A model generated the notes under the pieces. That model was given only the letters and a program-made list of their open reading frames with translations. It ran no database searches and had not been told where the DNA came from. A stretch of 64,000 bases of DNA. Source: Nageia nagi (Eukaryota > Plantae > Pinophyta). Positions 11,620 through 23,824 of this stretch are shown one piece after another; the first letter of the stretch is position 1; the number at the start of each line of letters is the position of its first letter. Position numbers and translations under genes: made by a program. The stretch covers positions 11,656,001 through 11,720,000 of the forward strand of contig JBITNC010000002.1 of assembly GCA_050084985.1 (NCBI GenBank). The letters are read 5' to 3'.

Positions 11620-13930
11620 GCCAAGGAAGAGCTTGAACAACTAGTTGAGTGTGTGGGATCCCTTGAGACTCTTCGCAGACATCATTGTGCACTAACAGTA
11701 ATTTGTCAAAGCTTCTATTGTATTGGCGATGAAAAAATTTGTCCTCGATCATTGGACTATCAACATGCAACAATGATCATAGAGAGACTTCTCAGGATAT
11801 ATCATGAGAAAGGAAAAATCTTATCTGGAAGGCAAACTCTTATGTAAATAAGAGTCTTCTTGCATTGCTTGACCAAGATCAATGTTAGATGCTAATTTGG
11901 GCCCTGAAGAACAAGCACTGAGAACAAGTACGATAGAATCCTACATGAACATAGATGTACGGGCAACCAATGAGTACATCACAAATATTGAGTTGAGCAA
12001 TGTCACAAATGACTTAGTCTTTCATCAGGTAGAGTCCAAAGCTAAGAGTGCACTGCCTAGTTACTGAAGCTCTTTGTTGGCTTGAAGCCAATCAACATGA
12101 TAAGGTTGTGGATGCAATGATGTGGTTAGATCAAGTCGTCAAATGTTGTCCATGGTTAACATGTCCGTTTAATTACCACTATCAATGATATGTAAGAACT
12201 GCCCCTTGCAGCACTTGATGTGGAACATGCATTTCTACATTTTAGCTACTAACATTGAAATAGGTTTGAATTCTTGTCATCATATGAACTCTAATAGGAT
12301 CTTGGTGATTACACAACAATAGTGTGCTCCAACTAGCTATAGATAAAGATTGATCACCATTTAGCATCTAAAGCTTCAAGTTTGTTGATTGTGCTTGCAA
12401 GAGTCAAAATGTGCTTGCTAGAGTCAACGACTAAGGACCATTTTGTCTTCAAGTGATTGGTTTATTATGAGATAAGGGGGCAATACCATTGTCTTTTTCA
12501 AGACTCACAGCTCAATCTCGAATCTCAGACCAGCATTGTGGCACTCTATCTCAAAGAGGAATTCATTCTCGAGAAATGTCTCTTATCCAATGCCTAGCAC
12601 CCGAAAAGTGATCACCTAATGACTTCATTCTTTTGATCTTCCTTGAGGGAGGGAGCTCGTAGGAGGAGAGATGACCGTCTTCCACCTACAAACAGCGTGC
12701 GCTAACCCTATTCCTCTACAGTCTCAGCAAATCACATCTTTCTTTAGCTCCAATAGCACTGATATGGCCATAGTTACCACAACCCAAGAGGAACCCAATC
12801 GGTTGTTCATATGAGAGTCCTACCCGCCCCCCAAACAAATCTTCACTATTTGCTTTTCCATTCGATTATGTACTCTTTTTAGGGTTTATTCCCTCTTTTG
12901 TACTTTTGTATTGTATTTCTGAGTTTGTTTCTTATGAGGACCCTTTAGGGCCCCACATGCTGCTTTATACATTTGTTCCTCACAATCCCATTGATTGCTT
13001 TTGGTCACCCGTGGACATCGATATATTTTCTTTTTTCTTTCTTACATCATTTGTGTGGTAACATTTTGATGTGCATCATGAGTCATTGACCAAGTGCTTA
13101 TCCTTGTCATTAGTAGTTATAGGCATCTTATCGAGTGTGAATGATAGAACGATGTGAATCCTCACAATTGAGGTTGTTTTTAATCCTTATTCAAATGCTA
13201 CAATGGCCTTGTTGGAATTGTCCTTGCATCCAAGAGGTTTAGCTTCATGCTTGAGATTCTCCTCAATCTTGAAAGCGAAGTGATATGCCTATTGGAGTGT
13301 AATGAAGGTGAGAAAGCCCATCTTGTTGTAAACATAATGGTACAAATTGTTGATGTATTTCAGAAACTTATTGTACTAAATTTCCTAGATGTCCATTTAA
13401 ACCCATGAAAGTTCAGAACTTGTGCAATCCAAAATAAGTCGATCCTTGCAATTTCACAATGTTTGCTATCATTATGAACTAGTCATCATAGTACTTGTCA
13501 TGGAATACATCCATGAATTTCATTCCATGTTTCAACATGATCAACATATTAATGATCATGAACAATGGTTGCCCACTAGCATCTCATAGCTGAGAAGACA
13601 CAAAGCGTAACATAGATTATTTTGTCTTCATCTATGAAATGGTTGACAAGGAAACGTGAAACAGGTTTTATTGAAACCAAGAGTCCAAGGCCTATGCATA
13701 AGCCTTGAATTTAAAAAGATTGAATTATTAAGGTTGGACTACATGTTGAATGGCAAATGAGTGTTGGAAAGGCAAAGAAGAGTAAGTGACACCCTATGAA
13801 AACCTCAGTTGTAACATGAAACCATGGAATTGCTTGAAGAGCTTTGTTGCTTCTCCAAGGCTACATTAATGAGTTGCTTAACATTCCATGGTAGTGTAAG
13901 CACTAGGTTCTTTGTCTACGTTGGTCATCC
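11620..13930 (-). mobile_element. Old Ty3/gypsy gag-protease remnant
   Basis: Minus-strand translations give KYINNLYHYVYNKMGFLTFITL.AYHFAFKIEE (about 13.3 kb), and LHPQPYHVDWLQ and VTRQCTLSFG…VICDIAQLNICDVLIGCPY (about 12.0 kb). No LTRs recognised. Confidence 0.6.
12425..13030 (+). mobile_element. 5'-truncated LINE 3' end related to the 6657-8975 LINE
   Basis: TATTATGAGATAAGGGGGCAATACCATTG and the terminal CCCATTG…TTTTGGTCACC.(G/A)TGGACAT match 8389-8420 and 8935-8966. Confidence 0.7.
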
Positions 13931-14024
13931 GCACTCTAGGATGTTGAATAAGCAACTTTTCTAAAACATAAAGAATGACAATACCTTTATACTACTAATG
14001 TGAATGCATGCAACCATACATATA

Positions 14025-15090
14025 TGTAATGTCCCTAAATTTGTTAGTTTGTAAATATGTAAATAATTGGTGTGTTTTGTGTGTGTTGGAGGTCATTGAG
14101 GGTATTTTGTCATATTTTAAGGTTAAAATGAGAATTGTAGGGATAAATAAATGTGTTTTAACTAGTTCAAATGTTACTATATGGGTTCGAAAAGTTATTT
14201 TAAGTATATGGTGTGAGTTTCGGGTTAGAAAAAAATATTAATTTGTGCCTTTAGTTGGAATGGCGTTTTTGTATTATGTCTAAGTGACCTCAATCCAAGA
14301 TTATATCGTAACCCTTAGATCTTATGAGTGTAAGATCTAATCTCAGCCCTTCATGATTAGATCTAAGGTTGGAATTTATCCTAGCATTAGGATAAGAGAA
14401 TAAAAGAGATCTAAGACCTCATTTTGTTGTTGTTGTTGATTGGACAATTGAATTAGGAAAATTTTGAAGAATTATTGGGCTCTTAGGGATAGCTGAAAGT
14501 ATCTCTCTAAGTTTATGGGTTTCCCATTGGATTTACTCCAATGGAGGCTAGGCCAGCTAGCTCTCTACCCGTCTATATCTGACAAACCTATCCAGGGTTT
14601 GTGATCTGAGCATAATTGTGAACGAAATTAGAACCAACAAATTAGATCTAGCCAAGAGGAGGGCAGATAAGGAGTTTTTGGGCATTTTAGTGTGTTCAAG
14701 AAGCCCTAAGAGAGGGATATATGCCTCTAGAAGGCAATTTTGCATGCAAAAAAGGCCAAATCTGACCCAGCCAACCAGATGTTTGCCTCATAGGAGGGTT
14801 ATTTGCATTCAAGAGAGTCAGATTTGCATATATCAGTGTGACATCAAGCCTATGAGGCCAAATCAATGGTTTTAAAGCATCAGTAATTTGGTGATAATCT
14901 TCAATGTTTGGAAGCTAAGCTAAGGTTTGGAGGTTGATTTCTGCTATTTTGTTGTTATTTCTATTTATTGTGATCTTAATAGGATTTCCATGTAAGAAAA
15001 ATTAATAAAAAGACAAAAATATTTCAGATTTGTTGTTTGGCAGAGAAATTATGTTTTTTGTTGTTTGTATTTTCTGTTTGGCACATTACA
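14025..15090 (+). repeat. 5' LTR (1066 bp)
   Basis: TGTAATGTCCC…CATTACA, direct repeat of 18943-20045. Confidence 0.93.
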
Positions 15091-18000
15091 GTGGTATCAT
15101 AGTTGTGATCTTGCCAGCCAAAGGGATTGTTGATGATCCATCCATATAACACAAAGGGAAAAAGTAAAAATTTTAGAGACATGACTAACATCAAGAAAAG
15201 GAGACCTAGTCTTGAAGAAGCCCTAGCATCTATGATGCAAATTCATGAAACCCTAATGAAAAATCAAGATTCCATGCAACAAATGTAGAATACCATGTTG
15301 AATATGATGAATCGAATAGAACGAGGTCAGTGTGAAACAAAAGAGGGCATATAGAAATCTATCCAAGAATTTGCTACAAGTCTTAAAGGGTCACAACATC
15401 AAGGAAATCAAAACCAAAATCAGTTTTACAAAAATAATACCTAGGGTACTGATATGGGAGAAAGTTCAACTTATGGGGGTGCTGGGAACACCCATGGAAA
15501 TCATAATTCGAGGGGAACCACTTCTAAAGCATCCAAGCTTTGGAAACCCTCCAACAAATAGAAGAAGAGAATCCAAAATTGGTTGAGATGGAGGAAAGGA
15601 CACTATAGGAGTGATTTTAAAGAATGCCAAAAGAGTACCAAGAAAGAATAGGGTTTGATGGGTACAAGAAGATACACACTAAGAAAAATATCAAGGATGG
15701 TGATAAAGGAGGAGATCTGCAATACAAATTAGAAAAATTATCACTTCCATATTTTGATGGTAGTGATAAGATTACACATAGGGGCTGGTTACAAAAGCTA
15801 CAAAGCTATTTTTCTCTAAGATCCACTATGAAAGAACCTGAAGTAGTACAATATGCAACCCTTCATCTTGAGGGATTTGCTCACCAATGGTGGCATCATG
15901 GATTACTCACCAAAGAATCATGGTGATATTGTTTCCTTTGATGAATTTGCCAACAAGTTTTTGGACAGGTTTGAAAGGCATGGTGAAAATGATTATTTCA
16001 GTGATCTAACCACCATTTCTCAAAAGAATACAACGGTTGGTTATGTGGAGGAATTTCAACAGGTTTCAGTTATAGTAACTAATATTTCAGAGGACAGGTT
16101 GGTGCACTTATTTTTGAAAGGCTTATCAAAACCAATAACGGGTTTAGCCAAAGCCCTTAAGCCAAATACCCTTGAAGAAGCAGTTTCTACAGCCCTAGAT
16201 ATTGAAACTTCAACAAGTAACAATAGTAAAAAATTTTGACAGCAGTATAAATTGGAGATTCTAGATCTTCACAAACAAGTGGACAGCCATGGCATAAAGT
16301 GGATCAGACCCAAAATAAAGGTTTTCAACCCCCAAAAATACAAAATCAGTAAAGACAAAAGATAGATGAAGCAACCAGAAAAGAATTACAACGAAAGGGT
16401 TTATGTTTCTCATGCAAAAAACCATGGGGACCCGGTCATAAATGTCAAGGTACGGGGCAGAATTATTTAGTTGAATTTTATGTGCCTAATGATGATGAAA
16501 AGGAACCAGAAATAGAAAAGACTGAATCTGAAACTGATTATGAGGATGCTGAATTTAATGAGTTAGAAAAGGATGAGAAACCACCCCTAAGTTAGATAAT
16601 GAACATGGAGTCTTAGCTAATGGTGAATCTCAATTCATGAGTATTAAGGTGCAAGGAAAGCTTGGTGATCATTCAGTTGTAGTGCTAATTGATGGGGGAG
16701 CTACACATACTTTTATTGATGAAAATTTTGTGGCAGACAAGAAATTGAATTAAAAAAAAATTTCTAGTTTTGGAATAAAGAATGGAAATGGGGTAATTTC
16801 TAGTTGTGATCATGTGGTGAAGCAAGTGGAAATCAGCTTTGAAAACTATTTTGTTGTTGATGACTTTTATGTGTATCCCATGGGCGGTATGCCTCAAGCT
16901 ATTCTTGGAGTACAATGGCTGCATTCTCTGGGAGGTATATACACAAATTACAAAACATTGGTAATGAAATTCAGGGTCAATGGAAAAGTTATCACTTTGA
17001 AGGGAATTAAGAATCATCTTCCACAAAATATTTCAGCTAATAGAATGGAGAGAATTGCAAGCTTTCCATGGTTTGCTACAATAGAACATGTAATGGCTCT
17101 AGCTGATGAAAGTGTTATTTTAGATGGAGAGATAAATTAGGCTGCTAGAATACATATGATGAAAGGTATGCCTCATTCACATTTTACTTGTCATTCTATG
17201 ATTCAACTCTCATTGGATAAGAACAATGTGATTTGTGAAGATGTGAAATCTATCTCAGGGTATTTGTAATTTGAATAAAAGTATTCTATGGTATACTCTT
17301 AGGAGGGAAAAAAAGTTCAGTTTCTGTTTTCCTTAGACATGGGACAGCAGCTTTGGATAGTGAGTTTTGACATTAGATTTGATGTTTTTGGGTTTAGAAG
17401 AACAACATTCTTTGGCTATTTTATACCATCTTTATGGGGTACTTGATTATTCCTCTTTAGTTGTGCATGGCATCACGAAATTGACAAGTTGTTTTCAGAT
17501 TCTGGAGGTGTTTCAACAGTTGGAATACTATGTTTTGATGACTTACAAGGGACATGACAAATCAGAATTTTGTTTGCACAAAAATCTAGAGATCAGTAAA
17601 AGAGATAGTGATAGCCTTAAATAAGATAATTTGGAAGTAGGACCAACCATGAAGACAACCATACAAGGTACAGAAGTAATTCTGTTTTTTGGTTTGTACA
17701 TTGACAGTAGTACATCAGCTGGGCATAGTTTTGATGGAAAGAAACAAATTTTGAAAATGATGATAAATGTGGGTATTGGAGTGCTTGTGGGAAGCCCAAT
17801 ACTCTACACTACAATCATAGATTGTAATGTGTAGCCTTATGAGGTGTTTAATATTTTTCCCTTGACTGTACATGGCAAAACACTTCCTCACCAGTACCTT
17901 TGGCAACAAAATGGGGAATACAATGGTAATGCTCAGACCTGCACTCATTTTGACATTTGATTTTATTGATCATCTCATTCAAAGACATAAGAACTTAACG

Positions 18001-18942
18001 GAGTTTCTTGGGAGCCATTTCATGGTAAATGTAGGCAAATGGCAAAGAAAAGGAACTGAAAAGCTACCTTGTTTTGAGAAGAAAGTAAAGTACAAATTTT
18101 ATTGAGCAAAGGATGACTGGTTTTGGGAAATTTGAATTAATATCGTCACATAACATTACTGCTGATTTCTTGATGACTGAATTGTTTCTTCTTTTCAGCC
18201 CTGTTTGTGTAAGATGGGCAGCTATTGTTGAGTTTCTTCAATGGACAGCCCTAGAAAAGAAAAGAAATCAGGAATTTGGGGCAATTAGGGAGTACTACAG
18301 CTATTGGACACTGCTATCATTAAAAAATCAGGATTAATCTGTTTTTGTTTTGCAAACAATTACATGTTTACAGATGGTCCTACAAAACAAATGAAAGAGA
18401 ACAGCCCAATATCCTATTTTTTACTTCTTGTTGACGATTTGCAAGAAGCTAACAACATTCACATTGAGGTTTTGCATTGTTTAAGGGAGACTGTCTGAAA
18501 AAGAGACACTGGATTTTCTATGTATGGATCTGAGTTTCTTATGATAGTTGGATCTGAAATGATGGAGTTAGCTGCACTTCTAATGGTGTTTGGGGCAATG
18601 GAGGCTGCATTTTGTATCAGATTTATGTTCATTATGACTGCTGCATTTTATTGGAAGGAGAGGGCTACCTTGTGTACATTGATTTGATTGGCATAATGCT
18701 CTTGACAATATTTTCCATAGGTGGGACAATGATCAGTGTGACGATCTCTATGATAATTCAGTTTCAGATTTTATTTGCAACTTTGCTTCTTGATTTCATG
18801 TACGGGCAGCAAGGTCATGCGTTTCATCATTACTAGGTGAAATGGAAGAGTTTACCCCTTGATGATACTACGTGGGAAGGTCCTGAAATTTCTACAGCTT
18901 TGATGAATTGCTTGGGGACAAGCAATTCTGGAGGGGGGGACT

Positions 18943-20045
18943 TGTAATGTCCCTAAATTTGCCAATTTGTAAATATGTAAATAATTGGTGTGTTTTGTGT
19001 GTGTTGGACGCCATTGAGGGTATTTTGTCATATTTTGAGGTTAAAATGAGGATTGTAGGGCTAAATAAATGTGCTTTAACTAGTTCAAATGTTAGCATAT
19101 GGGTTAGGAAAGTTATTTAAGTATTTGGTGTGAGTTTCGGGTTAGAAAAAGATATTAATTTGTGCCTTAAGTTGGAATGACGTTTTTGTATTATGTCTAA
19201 GTGACCTCAATCCAAGATTATATCATAGCCCTTAGATCTTATGAGTGTAAGATCTAATCTCAACCCTTCATGATTAGATCTAAGGCTGAGATTTATCCTA
19301 GTATTAGGGTAAAAGAATAAAAGAGATCTAAGACCTCATTTTGTTGTTGTTGTTGATTGGAGAATTGAATTGGGAGAATTCTGAAGAATTTTTGGACTCT
19401 TAGGGATAGCTGAAAGTATCTCTCTGAATTTACAAGATTCCCATTGGATTTTCTACAGTAGAGGCTAGGCCAACTAGCTCTCTACCCGTCTATATTTGGC
19501 AAACCTATCCAGGGTTTGTGATCTGAGCATAATTGTGAACCAGATTAGAACCAGGAAATCATATCTAGCCAAGACGAGGGCAGATAAGGAGCTTTTGGGC
19601 ATTTTAGTGTGTTCAGGAAGCCCTAAAAGAGGAATATATGCCTCTAGGAGGTATATTTGCATGCAAAAAAGGCCAAATCTGACCCAGCCAGCCAGATGTT
19701 TGGCTCACAAGAGGGTTATTTGCATTCAAGAGAGTCAGATCTGCATATATCAGTGTGACATCAGCCCTACAAGACCAAATCAATGGTTTTAAAGCATCAA
19801 AGTCAGCCACATCAGCCAGGCGTCTTATGCATGAGGGTAATTTGGTGATAATCTTCAGTGTTCAGAAGCTAAGCTAGGGTTTGGAGGTTGATTTCTGCTA
19901 TTTAATTGTTATTTCTATTTATTGTGATCTTAGCATGGTTTGCATGTAAGAGAAAAATTAATAAAAAGACAAAAATATTTCAGATCTATTATTTGGCATA
20001 GAAATTCTGTTTTTGGTGTTTGTATTTTGTGTTTGGCACATTACA
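18943..20045 (+). repeat. 3' LTR (1103 bp)
   Basis: Direct repeat of the 5' LTR, with an extra segment of about 37 bp near 19800-19836. Confidence 0.93.
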
Positions 20046-21714
20046 ATATATGATCCTGTAATTTCTTTAATGTCTCTAGTCTGTACCATGCTTTTTGTTC
20101 CTTGTGATACTGTGAATTTCTGTAACTTCCATACCATATTGTTTTGCTCTTCCTGACTCTGTAATGGATTTTGAAACACGTTGTTGTGCTATGTATCTTC
20201 TGATTCCTACCGATGGGTTTTGGAACCACCGAATCCTATTTCCTACCGAGCCCTTTTTGTGGGCCACACAATGTCAATCTTTTCATGCTTGTATGAGTTT
20301 ACAAGGCAGATTTATTCATAACCCTGATTCCTAGGCATGTGAAATACAGAAACCAACAAACTTTTTCATACATGCGGTCAACTAGCTGTCAAATTTATCT
20401 ATCTAGTGCAGATATGCAACAAGATAGATAAAGTTTACAACAGATCCAAAATGGAACTGAGCATGCAAACTAACCTAAATAATCAATAATATATCATACT
20501 AAAAATATAATAGAAAATGTGAAGACACACATGACCATGGATTCTGGTAATGTCCCTTGCAATGCACTTGTTTTCATTGAGCCGATGCCTGTATGCTAAG
20601 GCATGTCCTTATGGACATAACACTGGTGCTGCAGTGTGTGTCCAATAATCTTCTTGAGGCATTTCATAGTCTTCTTTGATGCGTTTCATAGTTTTCTCCA
20701 ATGCAGCGCTGCGCTCAAATCTTTATTTGTTCTTTACTGTGTCGTGCTACTAAAGGCTCTCCATCGATGAGATCCAATACAGGCATCATAAAAGATTCAA
20801 TGAATTCGTAGTTGGTGGATGTCTCAAAGGAGGATGTCAAGGTGCAGTATGCGTAAAAAGCTACCAGAACATACATAGAACATTCATAATCCTGATAATC
20901 CCTCGAACCATTCCTGCGCAGTGCCAGCTGAGGATGAGGATAAATTAGACCAATACATGCAATAGGATTTTAGGCATATCTAAGTGGGGTTGAATTCCTT
21001 ATATCAAGTGGTTTATCATATCCTTGGGATCAATTTCTATTTGCTACATTTTGCTGTTTTCTGACTTTCGTCGTTCAGCAGCAGATTGTTAAAACTGTCA
21101 ACTTTCTCCGCATGAAAGATTTTCCGCATTCCATAAGTAGGGTTGAAAATATCATGCAAAGTGGATATACTATATTTTCTGGACCAATTCCTCTGTTCTT
21201 CGTTTTGCTGTGTTGTCATGTTCATAACACGACCACATCAGCTTTTACACTTTAAGCAAGAATATAATATCTCGATCACTTCTAACTAAGCCCCTGTCCA
21301 TAAGCGCCTGTTTTCAGAAGCCCAACAGCCCACTTGGAATCATCCATGCAATCCAATGTAGATTACATTTCGACACCTTGTTCCAATAGAGGGAAAGAAT
21401 TTTCTTTACTAACCACCAAAAGGTTGATCATGAGAACTAGATCCAAGAAAGGCATGTTGAATTCCAAATGTGCATAATTTTGAACGTTTACCAATGTGGG
21501 TATCCAATGCATGTGTAGAACTGTTTTTTCAAGACATACGTATACACACAACAGAGAGGAGAAGAAAGCCGTTAAGTTTTCTCACACCAATATGGATATT
21601 CAATGCATGCATACAGCTTCTTTCTCTAGCAAATGCAGAAGACATAAGAAGAGGAGATCGTAATAAAAAGACACAACCATTAAATTTATTAAAGTGGGTT
21701 TGGATTAAACTCAC

Positions 21715-21861
21715 CAATTTTTGCCTGAAATCATGAAGCATCACCTTGAAAAAGGAGGAGCCACTGAAATTGCCCACCCTATGAGTTCTGTAGCATTGTT
21801 GGGTGCATCTCAGGCATGGTGAGTATCTTTCAGTGTTATCTCCTCCCTCTTTCTCTGCCAT
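21715..21861 (-). CDS. REM-type B3 transcription factor, exon 1
   Basis: ATG at 21861. MAEK…CLRCTQQCYRTH…SFFKVMLHDFRQKL, then a GTGAGT donor at 21714. Joins exon 2 in phase 0 to give FFKVMLHDFRQKLKIPPNF, the N-terminal strand of B3. Confidence 0.88.
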
Positions 21862-22668
21862 GATCTCTGCCTTGGATGCTCAAGACCAACAAACTTCAGT
21901 AGGACTAGGCACTGGGTTTAAGCAATACGGGGATCATGCAAACATCTGGGTGTTTGTCTTCTATTAAAACTAGGCCTTTTGCTTTCATTTCCAAGCTCCA
22001 CGTTAGCTCATGTGAGCAGAAGGGAGGATTTCCAGATCTTCTTCCGATGAGTGTGCAATCTATGGAAGCATGTTAATAAATTGTGATTCAGGGTGCTGGC
22101 CAACGCCATGCTCGTGATGTATCGATTTGAGAGGTGAAAGTCTGTGCACTTGAAGAAAGGTACAAGTTCATATGCATGCAATGTAATGATGTTTTTTTTG
22201 GATTATGTTATTATTTTGTCTTTTAATTATTTCTTCTTTTTAATTAGTAATATTTGGAAGTGCTTTTATTCCATTTTAGATTGATCTTTTTATCATTAAA
22301 TTAAAATAAATTAAATATATAATCATTCGGTGTCATTTAGTGTATTTATGTAAATTTTTATTTGTTCAAAATTTACTCTTTGAAATTGTTATAGCATTCT
22401 TAGATTCGTTAGAACATTTTTGAATGAAAAAAGTTTTATATTAAAGTATATAAATTTAATCATACAAAAGTTGGATGGACAAACATGTCACACTCCAATC
22501 ACCAAAGCATTAACCAATGAACATAAATCAAAAGAACCAAAGTTTTCAAACTGCCTCAACACACGTGGTAGGAGTCACCAGACTATTGAAACTCCATTAA
22601 CATGAGAATAAATGAAAATATCATATTAAGCCATTAAAACTTGGGGAGAGTGCCTTCAAGGATTCATC

Positions 22669-23824
22669 TGTAGTGTCCCCAATTTCGAGAAACCTTGTTG
22701 AAGGCATAACTTTCGTCACAATCCATAGATCATTGTTTTGTCTTCTAGAATTGATGGAGAATCTTGTGCCAATTATTTTGACAAGTCACATAACATGGTT
22801 ACATCAAGAAATGGGGAAAATATGGACATTTGAAGATTCATCCCCGAAGCTAGTTTCTACTATCATACGTGGGACCCAATTTATTAATATTGTATATTAG
22901 TGTTGTTTGTGACACTTATAATAAATGATCTAGCCCTATGAGCGGTATTAGGAGTGAATTATATTTAGATAAGGAGTCTTTGTTATTTTATGATAAAAGT
23001 GGACCATGTTTTGTAATAAGGAAATATATTATTCCTTAATCGCCCAACATCTAGCTTAAAAGGAGTCATTTGTCAATTAAGAGTTATTTATATTTCTAGA
23101 TTGGGTTAGCCAACCACAAATTAGAATTGGACTTCTATAAAAGGGAAGTGAGCACCTTATTTGAAGACATCATCTTGTGTATTTAATTTTGGATCATTTT
23201 GAGCTTAAGGATGCTTCCCTTCTCTATGTCTTAGGGATTAGGGCTACTCCCTAGCCTAGAAGTGGCTCATCTACACTTCTACATCTCTTAGAGAGCTTGT
23301 GCCTACCATTCTTACCACTTGGGAGCTTGCACTAGTCATTGGGAACCATCTTGATACTTATGCCTAGCTTGGGAGCCTTCTTGGGACTTGCGCCAATCTT
23401 AAGGAGTCTAGGTTGAGCATTTTGGATTCTTGGGCTTTAACCTAGAACTTGTTATAGGCTTGTTACATCCCTACACTTATTTTGGTTGATTATTGATGAT
23501 ATTGTCTCTCATATTGCATCTCGAATGTGAATGAATGTTCCTATGTATTTTTGTTATGCTTATATCTACTTTGTTCATGGGAATGTATGTGAATTAAGTA
23601 CTTTTGGAGCTATTTTTTTATTATATAACAAATCTGACTTGTGCCCTAGTTTTGGTCATATTCACTTGTTATAAGAGCTCTATATCAGATTTAGCTACTG
23701 TTATTATATTCTAGTTTTGAGCGCATGTTTAGATGGTTAATGAGCATGTCCATTGATGTCTTAATTTGTGAATGAATGTGGAATTGAATGCTAAATTAGA
23801 TAAACCCTAGAAAGGTATATTACA
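22669..23824 (+). repeat. 5' LTR
   Basis: TGTAGTGTCCCC…TATTACA, diverged direct repeat of 33926-35081. Confidence 0.9.

Larger units (their letters stand above)
14025..20045 (+). mobile_element. Structurally complete non-autonomous Ty3/gypsy chromovirus (gag, protease, filler, chromodomain tail)
   Basis: LTRs 14025-15090 and 18943-20045, TSD ATATA on both sides, PBS TGGTATCATAG at 15092, PPT GGAGGGGGGGA before 18943. Gag (WLQKLQSYF…LHLEGFAHQWW, CFSCKKPWGPGHKC), protease LIDGGATHTFID and chromodomain VKWKSLPLDDTTWE are present. No RT, RNase H or integrase catalytic motifs. Confidence 0.93.

Noticed and set aside
14557-14875. ORFs repeated at 19474-19810
   Set aside because: They lie within the two LTR copies, so the recurrence reflects LTR duplication and not coding conservation.
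20560-21450. Additional exon or L1 remnant in intron 1
   Set aside because: Only faint Trp-rich L1-like words on the minus strand. Exons 1 and 2 already join perfectly, and the evidence is too weak to call.
22165-22185. RY (CATGCA) element suggesting B3 autoregulation
   Set aside because: The hexamer is common throughout this window, and RY binding is a property of LAV-class, not REM-class, B3 proteins.
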